In this document: positions 1 to 12,255 of the stretch, in pieces
How positions within the stretch are numbered: position 1 is the stretch's first letter
Layout: each line of letters opens with the position of its first letter
Program-made: the position numbers and the translations under genes
The notes under the pieces: model-generated
Databases searched by the model: none
Told to the model about the DNA's origin: nothing
Seen by the model: the letters and a program-made list of their open reading frames with translations, nothing else
Assembly: GCA_032718475.1 (NCBI GenBank)
Contig: JAUCBJ010008846.1
Span: forward strand, 1-64,000
Direction of reading: 5' to 3'
DNA: 64,000 bases
Source: Nemertoderma westbladi
Taxonomy: Eukaryota; Animalia; Xenacoelomorpha

Positions 1-3000
1 CAACTCCCTACTCCAATACTACAGCCAATCGGATTGCAGTATTATTTTGTAAAGGCCTTGTTGCAGCTTACTAATGTTGTGATGTCTTGGTATGGAAGCC
101 TTGGGGATAGGTCCCATTTTATTCAACCAATGGGGATCGAGAATTCCCTTGTGATGTTCCCTGCTTGTAGTATTATCTTTTATAAACATATACTTTTATA
201 AGTTTATAAAATAATATCAAATATTTGTAGATCATGTAGATTTTGGTTTTAGGGGTTTAGATTTCTGGGCTGTATGTTTTCGTACGTAAATGGATAGTGG
301 GACATTCTCGGAGGATGTACTGCTGGGGGAAGATGGATCTGAAGAGAAATCGGAATGTGGAAGTTCTAGTTGGGTTGGGGTTAAAGAAGAAGGGCCAGAG
401 GGAACAATCGGTACTGAGGAAGGTAACTGATGGACGTTTGGGACACTGGGATATGAATGCTCACCGTAAAGGTCTCTGTTGCCGGGAGGGAAGCTGGTCC
501 ATGCTACCTGTGGCGGTGGCAGGGACACGGATGCGGGCAGCGGTGCCTCCAGCTGAATGTAATCAGTCGCCACAAATGTGGCACGATCACTTCCAACAGC
601 CACAGGCACAGCTACCACCGGGTCCTCCATAAACACAGCGTCCCAGACCGAACGCAAGTCGAAGGACATCGCTAAGTGCAGGGCCAGTCAGCTGGGGTGG
701 TTGGGCCACATCAGCTAGCCCAGTTAATTGTGGCGTTTCAGCCACAATGTCCTGGCCCACTGATTGTGGCTTGGCCACCACCTTAGCCCTCGGCTTCCGC
801 AGTTTCGCTTGTCCAGATCGATCTGGGACGTCAGTAAATGACAGGGGCTGGATGGGATCGGTGATAGTCATGTATCGAATCTGTGCCGAGACCCGAGTGG
901 TCTCCCAACGGATAAGGGGAATAACTGAACTAATAAAGAAAAACAACTCCCTAATACAAAATTATTCGATTAGGTAAACCTCCTACATTCCGGTAACAAT
1001 CCTGCTATCGGTACCGGTACCTACCATCAAACTAATTAAGTTTATTAAACTCACTGATTTCACCGAGATTTTCTCTGCTTTAACAACCGACGTCAGATAA
1101 TACACTGTATAATGTCACCCAATATAACCAACAACCATCCAAACCAACCAGCCAACGGTTTGGTAAATTACATTTCGAGTTTAATTTCTTCGATAGATTC
1201 GTCGTCCTCGCCTCGGCCTCGTAGGATTACGTATAAATTGTACATAATGCGATTAGAATGAACGGCAAACACGTTTGGAGTAACAGGTAAGGAGATGCGG
1301 ACCGAAAAAGTCAACAAAAATACGAAGGAACCACACACAAGCAATGTCATGAAGCTGTTTTGTTCAATAGCACAATCCGCCAGTCTGCAGTATGGCAGCC
1401 AGTAACAATTTAAATTTCCAACCAAATGTGTTGCTACGTTGCCACAAATCAACAAGTATATGCCTCCCATAGAAAGCATTGGTACACATTCCCATTGAAT
1501 ACATTGGTACACTTTTTTAAGGAGACGTTTCATCCTTAGAATACATTATTGTGGAGCGTTCCAATTTAATCGAGAAACGTTTCTATTGAAGAATTAGGAA
1601 TCGTTCCAATTTAATTTTACGGCGAAGTTGATGGGACAAACAGCGCGAAGGCTGGGGCTAGATCTTCGCCCCCCCGGGGGCTAAAGGGGCAAGAAAAAGG
1701 CCGAAAAAACGGAACGATTCTCAGCGGTGGGTAAGAAACGGACGCGGATTGGTCGGGAGTGGGCTAAATGTAGCTTATAACTGATTCCCCGTTGGAGGTT
1801 TTGCCGACGTTGACCCTATCTGGTACACTTTTTGTCGTTTCTCATTAAGCTCAGCTTATAAAACGCGAGTGTAGTTCTTATTAGTTGTTTAGCCTCGGCT
1901 CTAGCACCTTGACGTCTTCTGATTAGTTGTTTGTCCCACCCTCGCGAAAACGAAGTAATAGTAAATTAATTGAATTGGAACGGTTTAAAAAAAATTATGC
2001 ATATGAAAAAAATATTATTGAAATAAGTACATCTTTTGTCATCATTTATTTGTTATTAGAAATAAATTAAAATTGCATACATCCAATGTTTCTCAGATAT
2101 CTTATTTCTTAACTTCTCTATATTTGTTATATTTAATAATTCAATTATTGCATACCTTTTTTACGCTATACCAATGGTGTTAAATTACTCGTCGAATGCA
2201 TAACAGATTAAGAAAAGTAACAGGGAATCCCCTCATGTTATTATTTATGACGCGTCCAGCATAGTACAACTCCCTACTCCAATACTACAGCCAATCGGAT
2301 TGCAGTATTATTTTGTAAAGGCCTTGTTGCAGCTTACTAATGTTGTGATGTCTTGGTATGGAAGCCTTGGGGATAGGTCCCATTTTATTCAACCAATGGG
2401 GATCGAGAATTCCCTTGTGTTGTTCCCTGCTTGTAGTATTATCTTTTATAAACATATACTTTTATAAGTTTATAAAATAATATCAAATATTTGTAGATCA
2501 TGTAGATTTTGGTTTTAGGGGTTTAGATTTCTGGGCTGTATGTTTTCGTACGTAAATGGATAGTGGGACATTCTCGGAGGATGTACTGCTGGGGGAAGAT
2601 GGATCTGAAGAGAAATCGGAATGTGGAAGTTCTAGTTGGGTTGGGGTTAAAGAAGAAGGGCCAGAGGGAACAATCGGTACTGAGGAAGGTAACTGATGGA
2701 CGTTTGGGACACTGGGATATGAATGCTCACCGTAAAGGTCTCTGTTGCCGGGAGGGAAGCTGGTCCATGCTACCTGTGGCGGTGGCAGGGACACGGATGC
2801 GGGCAGCGGTGCCTCCAGCTGAATGTAATCAGTCGCCACAAATGTGGCACGATCACTTCCAACAGCCACAGGCACAGCTACCACCGGGTCCTCCATAAAC
2901 ACAGCGTCCCAGACCGAACGCAAGTTGAAGGACATCGCTAAGTGCAGGGCCAGTCAGCTGGGGTGGTTGGGCCACATCAGCTAGCCCAGTTAATTGTGGC

Positions 3001-6000
3001 GTTTCAGCCACAATGTCCTGGCCCACTGATTGTGGCTTGGCCACCACCTTAGCCCTCGGCTTCCGCAGTTTCGCTTGTCCAGATCGATCTGGGACGTCAG
3101 TAAATGACAGGGGCTGGATGGGATCGGTGATAGTCATGTATCGAATCTGTGCCGAGACCCGAGTGGTCTCCCAACGGATAAGGGGAATAACTGAACTAAT
3201 AAAGAAAAACAACTCCCTAATACAAAATTATTCGATTAGGTAAACCTCCTACATTCCGGTAACAATCCTGCTATCGGTACCGGTACCTACCATCAAACTA
3301 ATTAAGTTTATTAAACTCACTGATTTCACCGAGATTTTCTCTGCTTTAACAACCGACGTCAGATAATACACTGTATAATGTCACCCAATATAACCAACAA
3401 CCATCCAAACCAACCAGCCAACGGTTTGGTAAATTACATTTCGAGTTTAATTTCTTCGATAGATTCGTCGTCCTCGCCTCGGCCTCGTAGGATTACGTAT
3501 AAATTGTACATAATGCGATTAGAATGAACGGCAAACACGTTTGGAGTAACAGGTAAGGAGATGCGGACCGAAAAAGTCAACAAAAATACGAAGGAACCAC
3601 ACACAAGCAATGTCATGAAGCTGTTTTGTTCAATAGCACAATCCGCCAGTCTGCAGTATGGCAGCCAGTAACAATTTAAATTTCCAACCAAATGTGTTGC
3701 TACGTTGCCACAAATCAACAAGTATATGCCTCCCATAGAAAGCATTGGTACACATTCCCATTGAATACATTGGTACACTTTTTTAAGGAGACGTTTCATC
3801 CTTAGAATACATTATTGTGGAGCGTTCCAATTTAATCGAGAAACGTTTCTATTGAAGAATTAGGAATCGTTCCAATTTAATTTTACGGCGAAGTTGATGG
3901 GACAAACAGCGCGAAGGCTGGGGCTAGATCTTCGCCCCCCCCGGGGGCTAAAGGGGCAAGAAAAAGGCCGAAAAAACGGAACGATTCTCAGCGGTGGGTA
4001 AGAAACGGACGCGGATTGGTCGGGAGTGGGCTAAATGTAGCTTATAACTGATTCCCCGTTGGAGGTTTTGCCGACGTTGACCCTATCTGGTACACTTTTT
4101 GTCGTTTCTCATTAAGCTCAGCTTATAAAACGCGAGTGTAGTTCTTATTAGTTGTTTAGCCTCGGCTCTAGCACCTTGACGTCTTCTGATTAGTTGTTTG
4201 TCCCACCCTCGCGAAAACGAAGTAATAGTAAATTAATTGAATTGGAACGGTTTAAAAAAAATTATGCATATGAAAAAAATATTATTGAAATAAGTACATC
4301 TTTTGTCATCATTTATTTGTTATTAGAAATAAATTAAAATTGCATACATCCAATGTTTCTCAGATATCTTATTTCTTAACTTCTCTATATTTGTTATATT
4401 TAATAATTCAATTATTGCATACCTTTTTTACGCTATACCAATGGTGTTAAATTACTCGTCGAATGCATAACAGATTAAGAAAAGTAACAGGGAATCCCCT
4501 CATGTTATTATTTATGACGCGTCCAGCATAGTACAACTCCCTACTCCAATACTACAGCCAATCGGATTGCAGTATTATTTTGTAAAGGCCTTGTTGCAGC
4601 TTACTAATGTTGTGATGTCTTGGTATGGAAGCCTTGGGGATAGGTCCCATTTTATTCAACCAATGGGGATCGAGAATTCCCTTGTGTTGTTCCCTGCTTG
4701 TAGTATTATCTTTTATAAACATATACTTTTATAAGTTTATAAAATAATATCAAATATTTGTAGATCATGTAGATTTTGGTTTTAGGGGTTTAGATTTCTG
4801 GGCTGTATGTTTTCGTACGTAAATGGATAGTGGGACATTCTCGGAGGATGTACTGCTGGGGGAAGATGGATCTGAAGAGAAATCGGAATGTGGAAGTTCT
4901 AGTTGGGTTGGGGTTAAAGAAGAAGGGCCAGAGGGAACAATCGGTACTGAGGAAGGTAACTGATGGACGTTTGGGACACTGGGATATGAATGCTCACCGT
5001 AAAGGTCTCTGTTGCCGGGAGGGAAGCTGGTCCATGCTACCTGTGGCGGTGGCAGGGACACGGATGCGGGCAGCGGTGCCTCCAGCTGAATGTAATCAGT
5101 CGCCACAAATGTGGCACGATCACTTCCAACAGCCACAGGCACAGCTACCACCGGGTCCTCCATAAACACAGCGTCCCAGACCGAACGCAAGTCGAAGGAC
5201 ATCGCTAAGTGCAGGGCCAGTCAGCTGGGGTGGTTGGGCCACATCAGCTAGCCCAGTTAATTGTGGCGTTTCAGCCACAATGTCCTGGCCCACTGATTGT
5301 GGCTTGGCCACCACCTTAGCCCTCGGCTTCCGCAGTTTCGCTTGTCCAGATCGATCTGGGACGTCAGTAAATGACAGGGGCTGGATGGGATCGGTGATAG
5401 TCATGTATCGAATCTGTGCCGAGACCCGAGTGGTCTCCCAACGGATAAGGGGAATAACTGAACTAATAAAGAAAAACAACTCCCTAATACAAAATTATTC
5501 GATTAGGTAAACCTCCTACATTCCGGTAACAATCCTGCTATCGGTACCGGTACCTACCATCAAACTAATTAAGTTTATTAAACTCACTGATTTCACCGAG
5601 ATTTTCTCTGCTTTAACAACCGACGTCAGATAATACACTGTATAATGTCACCCAATATAACCAACAACCATCCAAACCAACCAGCCAACGGTTTGGTAAA
5701 TTACATTTCGAGTTTAATTTCTTCGATAGATTCGTCGTCCTCGCCTCGGCCTCGTAGGATTACGTATAAATTGTACATAATGCGATTAGAATGAACGGCA
5801 AACACGTTTGGAGTAACAGGTAAGGAGATGCGGACCGAAAAAGTCAACAAAAATACGAAGGAACCACACACAAGCAATGTCATGAAGCTGTTTTGTTCAA
5901 TAGCACAATCCGCCAGTCTGCAGTATGGCAGCCAGTAACAATTTAAATTTCCAACCAAATGTGTTGCTACGTTGCCACAAATCAACAAGTATATGCCTCC

Positions 6001-8449
6001 CATAGAAAGCATTGGTACACATTCCCATTGAATACATTGGTACACTTTTTTAAGGAGACGTTTCATCCTTAGAATACATTATTGTGGAGCGTTCCAATTT
6101 AATCGAGAAACGTTTCTATTGAAGAATTAGGAATCGTTCCAATTTAATTTTACGGCGAAGTTGATGGGACAAACAGCGCGAAGGCTGGGGCTAGATCTTC
6201 GCCCCCCCGGGGGCTAAAGGGGCAAGAAAAAGGCCGAAAAAACGGAACGATTCTCAGCGGTGGGTAAGAAACGGACGCGGATTGGTCGGGAGTGGGCTAA
6301 ATGTAGCTTATAACTGATTCCCCGTTGGAGGTTTTGCCGACGTTGACCCTATCTGGTACACTTTTTGTCGTTTCTCATTAAGCTCAGCTTATAAAACGCG
6401 AGTGTAGTTCTTATTAGTTGTTTAGCCTCGGCTCTAGCACCTTGACGTCTTCTGATTAGTTGTTTGTCCCACCCTCGCGAAAACGAAGTAATAGTAAATT
6501 AATTGAATTGGAACGGTTTAAAAAAAATTATGCATATGAAAAAAATATTATTGAAATAAGTACATCTTTTGTCATCATTTATTTGTTATTAGAAATAAAT
6601 TAAAATTGCATACATCCAATGTTTCTCAGATATCTTATTTCTTAACTTCTCTATATTTGTTATATTTAATAATTCAATTATTGCATACCTTTTTTACGCT
6701 ATACCAATGGTGTTAAATTACTCGTCGAATGCATAACAGATTAAGAAAAGTAACAGGGAATCCCCTCATGTTATTATTTATGACGCGTCCAGCATAGTAC
6801 AACTCCCTACTCCAATACTACAGCCAATCGGATTGCAGTATTATTTTGTAAAGGCCTTGTTGCAGCTTACTAATGTTGTGATGTCTTGGTATGGAAGCCT
6901 TGGGGATAGGTCCCATTTTATTCAACCAATGGGGATCGAGAATTCCCTTGTGTTGTTCCCTGCTTGTAGTATTATCTTTTATAAACATATACTTTTATAA
7001 GTTTATAAAATAATATCAAATATTTGTAGATCATGTAGATTTTGGTTTTAGGGGTTTAGATTTCTGGGCTGTATGTTTTCGTACGTAAATGGATAGTGGG
7101 ACATTCTCGGAGGATGTACTGCTGGGGGAAGATGGATCTGAAGAGAAATCGGAATGTGGAAGTTCTAGTTGGGTTGGGGTTAAAGAAGAAGGGCCAGAGG
7201 GAACAATCGGTACTGAGGAAGGTAACTGATGGACGTTTGGGACACTGGGATATGAATGCTCACCGTAAAGGTCTCTGTTGCCGGGAGGGAAGCTGGTCCA
7301 TGCTACCTGTGGCGGTGGCAGGGACACGGATGCGGGCAGCGGTGCCTCCAGCTGAATGTAATCAGTCGCCACAAATGTGGCACGATCACTTCCAACAGCC
7401 ACAGGCACAGCTACCACCGGGTCCTCCATAAACACAGCGTCCCAGACCGAACGCAAGTCGAAGGACATCGCTAAGTGCAGGGCCAGTCAGCTGGGGTGGT
7501 TGGGCCACATCAGCTAGCCCAGTTAATTGTGGCGTTTCAGCCACAATGTCCTGGCCCACTGATTGTGGCTTGGCCACCACCTTAGCCCTCGGCTTCCGCA
7601 GTTTCGCTTGTCCAGATCGATCTGGGACGTCAGTAAATGACAGGGGCTGGATGGGATCGGTGATAGTCATGTATCGAATCTGTGCCGAGACCCGAGTGGT
7701 CTCCCAACGGATAAGGGGAATAACTGAACTAATAAAGAAAAACAACTCCCTAATACAAAATTATTCGATTAGGTAAACCTCCTACATTCCGGTAACAATC
7801 CTGCTATCGGTACCGGTACCTACCATCAAACTAATTAAGTTTATTAAACTCACTGATTTCACCGAGATTTTCTCTGCTTTAACAACCGACGTCAGATAAT
7901 ACACTGTATAATGTCACCCAATATAACCAACAACCATCCAAACCAACCAGCCAACGGTTTGGTAAATTACATTTCGAGTTTAATTTCTTCGATAGATTCG
8001 TCGTCCTCGCCTCGGCCTCGTAGGATTACGTATAAATTGTACATAATGCGATTAGAATGAACGGCAAACACGTTTGGAGTAACAGGTAAGGAGATGCGGA
8101 CCGAAAAAGTCAACAAAAATACGAAGGAACCACACACAAGCAATGTCATGAAGCTGTTTTGTTCAATAGCACAATCCGCCAGTCTGCAGTATGGCAGCCA
8201 GTAACAATTTAAATTTCCAACCAAATGTGTTGCTACGTTGCCACAAATCAACAAGTATATGCCTCCCATAGAAAGCATTGGTACACATTCCCATTGAATA
8301 CATTGGTACACTTTTTTAAGGAGACGTTTCATCCTTAGAATACATTATTGTGGAGCGTTCCAATTTAATCGAGAAACGTTTCTATTGAAGAATTAGGAAT
8401 CGTTCCAATTTAATTTTACGGCGAAGTTGATGGGACAAACAGCGCGAAG
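1..8449. repeat. Tandem macrosatellite, unit 2266-2267 bp, about 3.7 near-identical copies (array runs off the left edge)
   Basis: Identical ORF sets recur at 232, 2498, 4765 and 7031 (periods 2266, 2267, 2266). I saw only isolated differences, e.g. C>T at 2926 and an extra C in the C-run near 3940. The last copy breaks off at ...AACAGCGCGAAG (8449). Confidence 0.98.
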
Positions 8450-8671
8450 ACGCTTGGTACTATACTGTACATTTAACAGGCCAAGACGCTTGGTACTATA
8501 CTGTACATTTAACAGGCCAAGACGCTTGGTACTATACTGTACATTTAACAGGCCAAGACGCTTGGTACTATACTGTACATTTAACAGGCCAAGACGCTTG
8601 GTACTATACTGTACATTTAACAGGCCAAGACGCTTGGTACTATACTGTACTATACTGCTTGGTACATTTAA
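8447..8671. repeat. 36-bp minisatellite (AAGACGCTTGGTACTATACTGTACATTTAACAGGCC), about 6 copies
   Basis: Copies start at 8447, 8483, 8519, 8555, 8591 and 8627. It abuts the macrosatellite end with AAG overlap. Confidence 0.97.
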
Positions 8672-8872
8672 AAGTAAACATATCGCTAGACATGGTTATG
8701 GCCTACATTCATTGAATTATTATAGGCCTGATATGTTAATTTTTTAATTAAATAGCTTAATTATTCAAAATTAAACTTATATTTAAAAAAATGGCTTTAT
8801 AAGAAATAATTATTACACCATGGTTATGTGAGTATAGTTTACATTGTTTACAAACAATAATTTTATTTTCAG

Positions 8873-9098
8873 ACTTCCACTGTGCCACTCTATAAACAAA
8901 TGTGGGACTACATGTCAACACATAAAGACGAGGTATTTGTGAAAAATTTGGATGAAGGCATTGCGAAGGTAACCAAAGGGGATTATGCATATCTCGGCGA
9001 ATCGTCTATGTTGGACTACCCTCTAAGCACAAACTGCGAACTCACAACTATTGGAACGCCGCTGGATCAGAAATTTTATGGATTTGCTTTACAAAAAC
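8873..9098 (+). CDS. Ionotropic glutamate receptor (non-NMDA, kainate/AMPA-like), exon encoding part of the S2 ligand-binding domain
   Basis: Acceptor ttttattttcAG (8871-72) and donor C|GTGAGA (9099). Translation TSTVPLYKQMWDYMS...VFVKNLDEGIAKVTKGDYAYLGESSMLDY...NCELTTIGTPLDQKFYGFALQK matches the iGluR S2 pattern (Y.KMW.FM, EGI.RV, YAFLMES, C.LT.IG..D.KGYG). Confidence 0.95.
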
Positions 9099-9360
9099 GT
9101 GAGAAAGCGTTTTTTTATTTAGCGATTTGTTTAAAATTTATTTGGATTTGAATGCATGCCTGTGTCGGTGTACAACAAAATTGGTTATTTATGGCAATGC
9201 AATCTCTACATGGGTTATTAGTATTACAACTGATGACGACTCCAGATCTCTCGATAGACCTGTATATGGGGCGCCGTGGGCTTTAAAATTTTGAAAATGT
9301 CGACGACTGGTTTAGATTCTCGGCTTAAATTTCGGCCAAGCTTACGGCTTAGATATCTAC

Positions 9361-9437
9361 AAGCAGAAATCTAGGCCGAAATCTAGGCCGAAATCTAGGC
9401 CGAAATCTAAGCCGAAATCTAAGCAGAAATTAAGGCC
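9361..9437. repeat. 12-bp subterminal tandem repeat (GCCGAAATCTAG) of the TIR element
   Basis: About 6 tandem copies are visible. Confidence 0.9.
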
Positions 9438-9438
9438 A

Positions 9439-9690
9439 TAGGGTGAGTGAGGGAGACTTGAACCCCTAAAGTTATAATCGCTCTAAAGAACAGATAAATG
9501 AATTTTTCAACGCCGTTTTAACTTTTTCACATTAGATTTATGATTGCAATCATTATGTGAGAGTTTGAGAATTTCAACTCTTAAACTTTTTTAATTAAAC
9601 CAATTATTCGTATTTTCGAAAAAGCGCCAAGTCTCCCTCAATGGGGGGAGACTTGACACCTAGGGTGGGAGACTTGAATGAACCCCACCT
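9439..9690. mobile_element. Possible end fragment of a second DNA transposon (repeated GGGAGACTTGA motifs)
   Basis: The GGGAGACTTG motif occurs three times forward (about 9450, 9645, 9668) and once inverted (CAAGTCTCCC, about 9628), a pattern typical of subterminal transposase-binding sites. The other end was not found. Confidence 0.4.
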
Positions 9691-9819
9691 TCTTGTAAAT
9701 TCGTTCAAAAATGCATAAGAAGTGTAATAATTACATGTTCAACATGTCTATTTTCTAGTAGAGCAGAAAAATTTAAAAAAATGCGATTGTTAAATTATTA
9801 TCCAAAATTTTATACAAAT

Positions 9820-10602
9820 TTACGCAAATTTACATGCCGATACTAGTAGTCGTAGTAGTAGTAGTAGAAATAAATTGGCGCAGGCGACGGAAAAGGTGAT
9901 CCATGAACCATTTACAGTGTCTTCCAACTTTATTAATTCGAGTGGTTTCACTGGGTTAATACTTCCATAGGTGCCAACTCTAAAATTGAACCCAAAGTAA
10001 TAAGAGACTTTATTGCTGTAAAAGCAGGTGAGCTCATTCAATTTCTCGCCGAAAGCGAGAACATCCTTGGAGAAAAGTTTAAAGAAACGAGTCTCCTCTT
10101 CCTCGGTCGGAGTCGAGGAGTTCCAGATGAGAAGAAGAATCGAGTTTGCGATACTATGAAAATCGAATAAGCGGTCATCGGAGAAGAAGGAGGTTACGAG
10201 AGTGATTAAACCCAGTAAACGATTTGCGATGTCTTGGTTGATGTTTTCTCGAATAAAATCGACTATACTAGTTGGAATCGTAAACGTCTCGGGCGAAGTA
10301 GTTAGATTGAACGTTATTTTGTTGGCCCTTTTTAAAAGTTTGAAACCGTGGTTGGAGGAATGAAGTTTATTATCGTTGAGGGTTTGATATTGTCCATCGT
10401 GAAGTTCGTAGCAGGCGCGGAAAATAAAGTGCGCGTAGTTTGCCGGAATCGGACTGGGTTGGTTTAAGGTTGTATTTATCGTTAGCGGAAAGAGTTTGTT
10501 TGCCGAATCGAAATAGAGGCCAAACGACTTGTCTAGTAGCATAAACTGATTTTCGCTGCAAACCAATTCGTTGTTTGAATAGCTGATTTCTGAATGTGCC
10601 AT
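9820..10602 (-). CDS. Orphan 260-aa ORF of unknown function, probably mobile-element cargo; C-terminus replaced by the RTE tail
   Basis: ATG start, 783 bp open in AT-rich surroundings, globular-looking composition, no recognisable domain. The terminal LLLLLRLLVS is the antisense (TAG)n tail. Confidence 0.5.
   Translation of the reverse strand: MAHSEISYSNNELVCSENQFMLLDKSFGLYFDSANKLFPLTINTTLNQPSPIPANYAHFIFRACYELHDGQYQTLNDNKLHSSNHGFKLLKRANKITFNLTTSPETFTIPTSIVDFIRENINQDIANRLLGLITLVTSFFSDDRLFDFHSIANSILLLIWNSSTPTEEEETRFFKLFSKDVLAFGEKLNELTCFYSNKVSYYFGFNFRVGTYGSINPVKPLELIKLEDTVNGSWITFSVACANLFLLLLLRLLVSACKFA
9833..9867 (+). mobile_element. Extremely truncated 3' end of the RTE LINE family
   Basis: CATGCCGATACTAGTAGTCGTAGTAGTAGTAGTAG matches the 3' end CATGCCGATCC(TAG)n at 27079-27110 with two mismatches. 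Confidence 0.75.
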
Positions 10603-10648
10603 CGTGAATGTGTACCGGTAACTCGTTTAGGAAAATAAATAAAAATAG

Positions 10649-10713
10649 TAATAATAATAATGCATTTGTATAGCGCCAAATTTACAACAATAGAAGTACG
10701 CTAAGGCGCTTAC
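10649..10713 (-). mobile_element. 3' tail of an L2/CR1-type LINE or partner SINE
   Basis: Minus strand reads GTAAGCGCC...GGCGCTATACAAATGC(ATT)n, the stem-loop plus microsatellite tail typical of L2-clade 3' ends. Confidence 0.55.
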
Positions 10714-11399
10714 GTCACAAGCAATATAACATTAAAACTAGCAGTGCAAGTAGTACAGAAATTAAAAATTATAGTCGTCACTAACGATAAAACGTGCATT
10801 TCAAAATAACTAAAAGTTATTACAATCGTTAAAAAGTGGAACATACAGTACAAATTGATATATATACTCGCCGTAAATGAAACGTACAGTAAAAAATATG
10901 TAATAAAAAAATTAATTAGCATAGTTAAAAAGTGTAGTTGACGGACGTACTGAAACAATAAAAACGAGCAATGGGGTAATAAAATGGACACAAACACTAA
11001 AAAACGTATGAAGAACAAATTGAAAGAAGTTTACAGTTTTTGGAGAGTTGATTGGATATCTAGAGTTGGAATAAAATAATTAGAGAGTTCATGTTTTGGA
11101 GTTTAATTATATGCAATTTCAAAAAGATGTGTTTTGAAATAAATACTTTTAAGAAAATAACTAAAACTTTTCAAGAATACAATGAGACAGAGAATGGGAA
11201 TGTGGGTGAATGGGGGGGGGGGGGGCTATTATAGAGGGGGCTAGAATGGGATAGCCAATCGGGGGATAGGAGGGAGAAACGAATGTAAAATTAAACCAAT
11301 CAGAGAGCAGCTTTGATGACGTCATAGGGCTAAATATAGACATCATGACAAAATGATGTCCTTTAGAAAGTAATACAAACTAATTATTGGTAATTCTAA

Positions 11400-11680
11400 A
11401 AATAGAAAACAATATATAGTAAAAGTAATATAATTAATTAATTTAAAATTAAGTGCAAATAAATAAAGTAAAAGAAACACAAATAATTAATTTAAAATAA
11501 ATACAAATAAATAATTTAAAATTAAATACAAATAAATAAATTAAAATTAAAAACAAATATATAAAGGAAAAGTAATATAATTAATTAATTTAAAATTAAG
11601 AGCAAATAAATAAAGTAAAAATAAATACTAATAAATAAATTAAAATGAAATATAAATAAATAAGTATTAATAAATAAAAG
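11400..11680. repeat. AT-rich degenerate tandem repeats (AAATAAATAA/TTAAAATT)
   Basis: Almost purely A/T with repeated blocks such as AAAAGTAATATAATTAATTAATTTAAAATTAAG (about 11420 and 11568). Confidence 0.8.
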
Positions 11681-12018
11681 AGCCGCGGTGTCACTTATGA
11701 CACCCTTTGGTCCTCTTTGTGACACTTGGAAAACACTGATGACCATTGCGTGTCAGGGCGCTAATCAGTCTGATTAATTAGGATAGTCAATTAAACCCTA
11801 ACTAGGAGTCATAAGACACCTATTAGGGTTTAATTGTACTAATTAATTGATGAAACCTGTCAATTAGGGTCAAATTAGCCTAATTAGGAGGTTCACCCAG
11901 ACAGTCTGGCGCCAATGACACACAATGACACCCTATGGGTGATAATAGGGTGTCATATGACACCCAATGGGTGTCAGTGGGGTCCAACTGTCACAAAGCC
12001 GGCTTATCATCTACTACT
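11681..12018 (-). mobile_element. Palindrome-rich terminal region resembling a Polinton/Maverick terminal inverted repeat
   Basis: Minus strand begins AGTAGTAG at 12018, a Polinton-type terminus. Repeated GGTGTCA..TGACACC palindromes and a central 14-bp inverted repeat CAATTAAACCCTAA/TTAGGGTTTAATTG. No Polinton core gene is present. Confidence 0.4.
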
Positions 12019-12255
12019 CACAGACTGACAAGAAAGCACAAACTGCAACAGTAGGACTTCCCTCCAAACGACTTCCCTCGGCTAAGATTTCGGCTCAGAT
12101 CTCGGCCAAAATCTAAACCAGTCGCCGAGAATCTAAACCAATCACCGACATTTTCATACTTTTGAAGCCCACGGCGCCCCATACCTATATGCACTGTACA
12201 AATTTGCAGTATAAATTATATTTCGGCTGTGTCTTCATAACATTTTGAATTACAG

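Larger units (their letters stand above)
9267..12181. mobile_element. Non-autonomous TIR DNA transposon (MITE-like, TA target duplication) enclosing nested insertions
   Basis: About 58-bp imperfect terminal inverted repeats TGGGGCGCCGTGGGCTT...TTTAGATTCTCGGC at 9267 and 12181. TA flanks at 9265-66 and 12182-83. Related GCCGARATCT-type subterminal repeats occur at both ends. No transposase seen. Confidence 0.85.

Noticed and set aside
1-8449. Tandem integrated CRESS-DNA virus, or rDNA, 5S, histone or snRNA cluster
   Set aside because: No Rep or capsid motifs, TAGTATTAT near 168 has no flanking stem, and I recognised no rRNA, snRNA or histone sequence.
8427-8747. 106-aa ORF with RRLVLYCTFNRP repeats
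   Set aside because: Translation of the 36-bp minisatellite.
10710-11018. Hydrophobic 102-aa ORF
   Set aside because: Product of T-rich low-complexity sequence with a non-ATG start.
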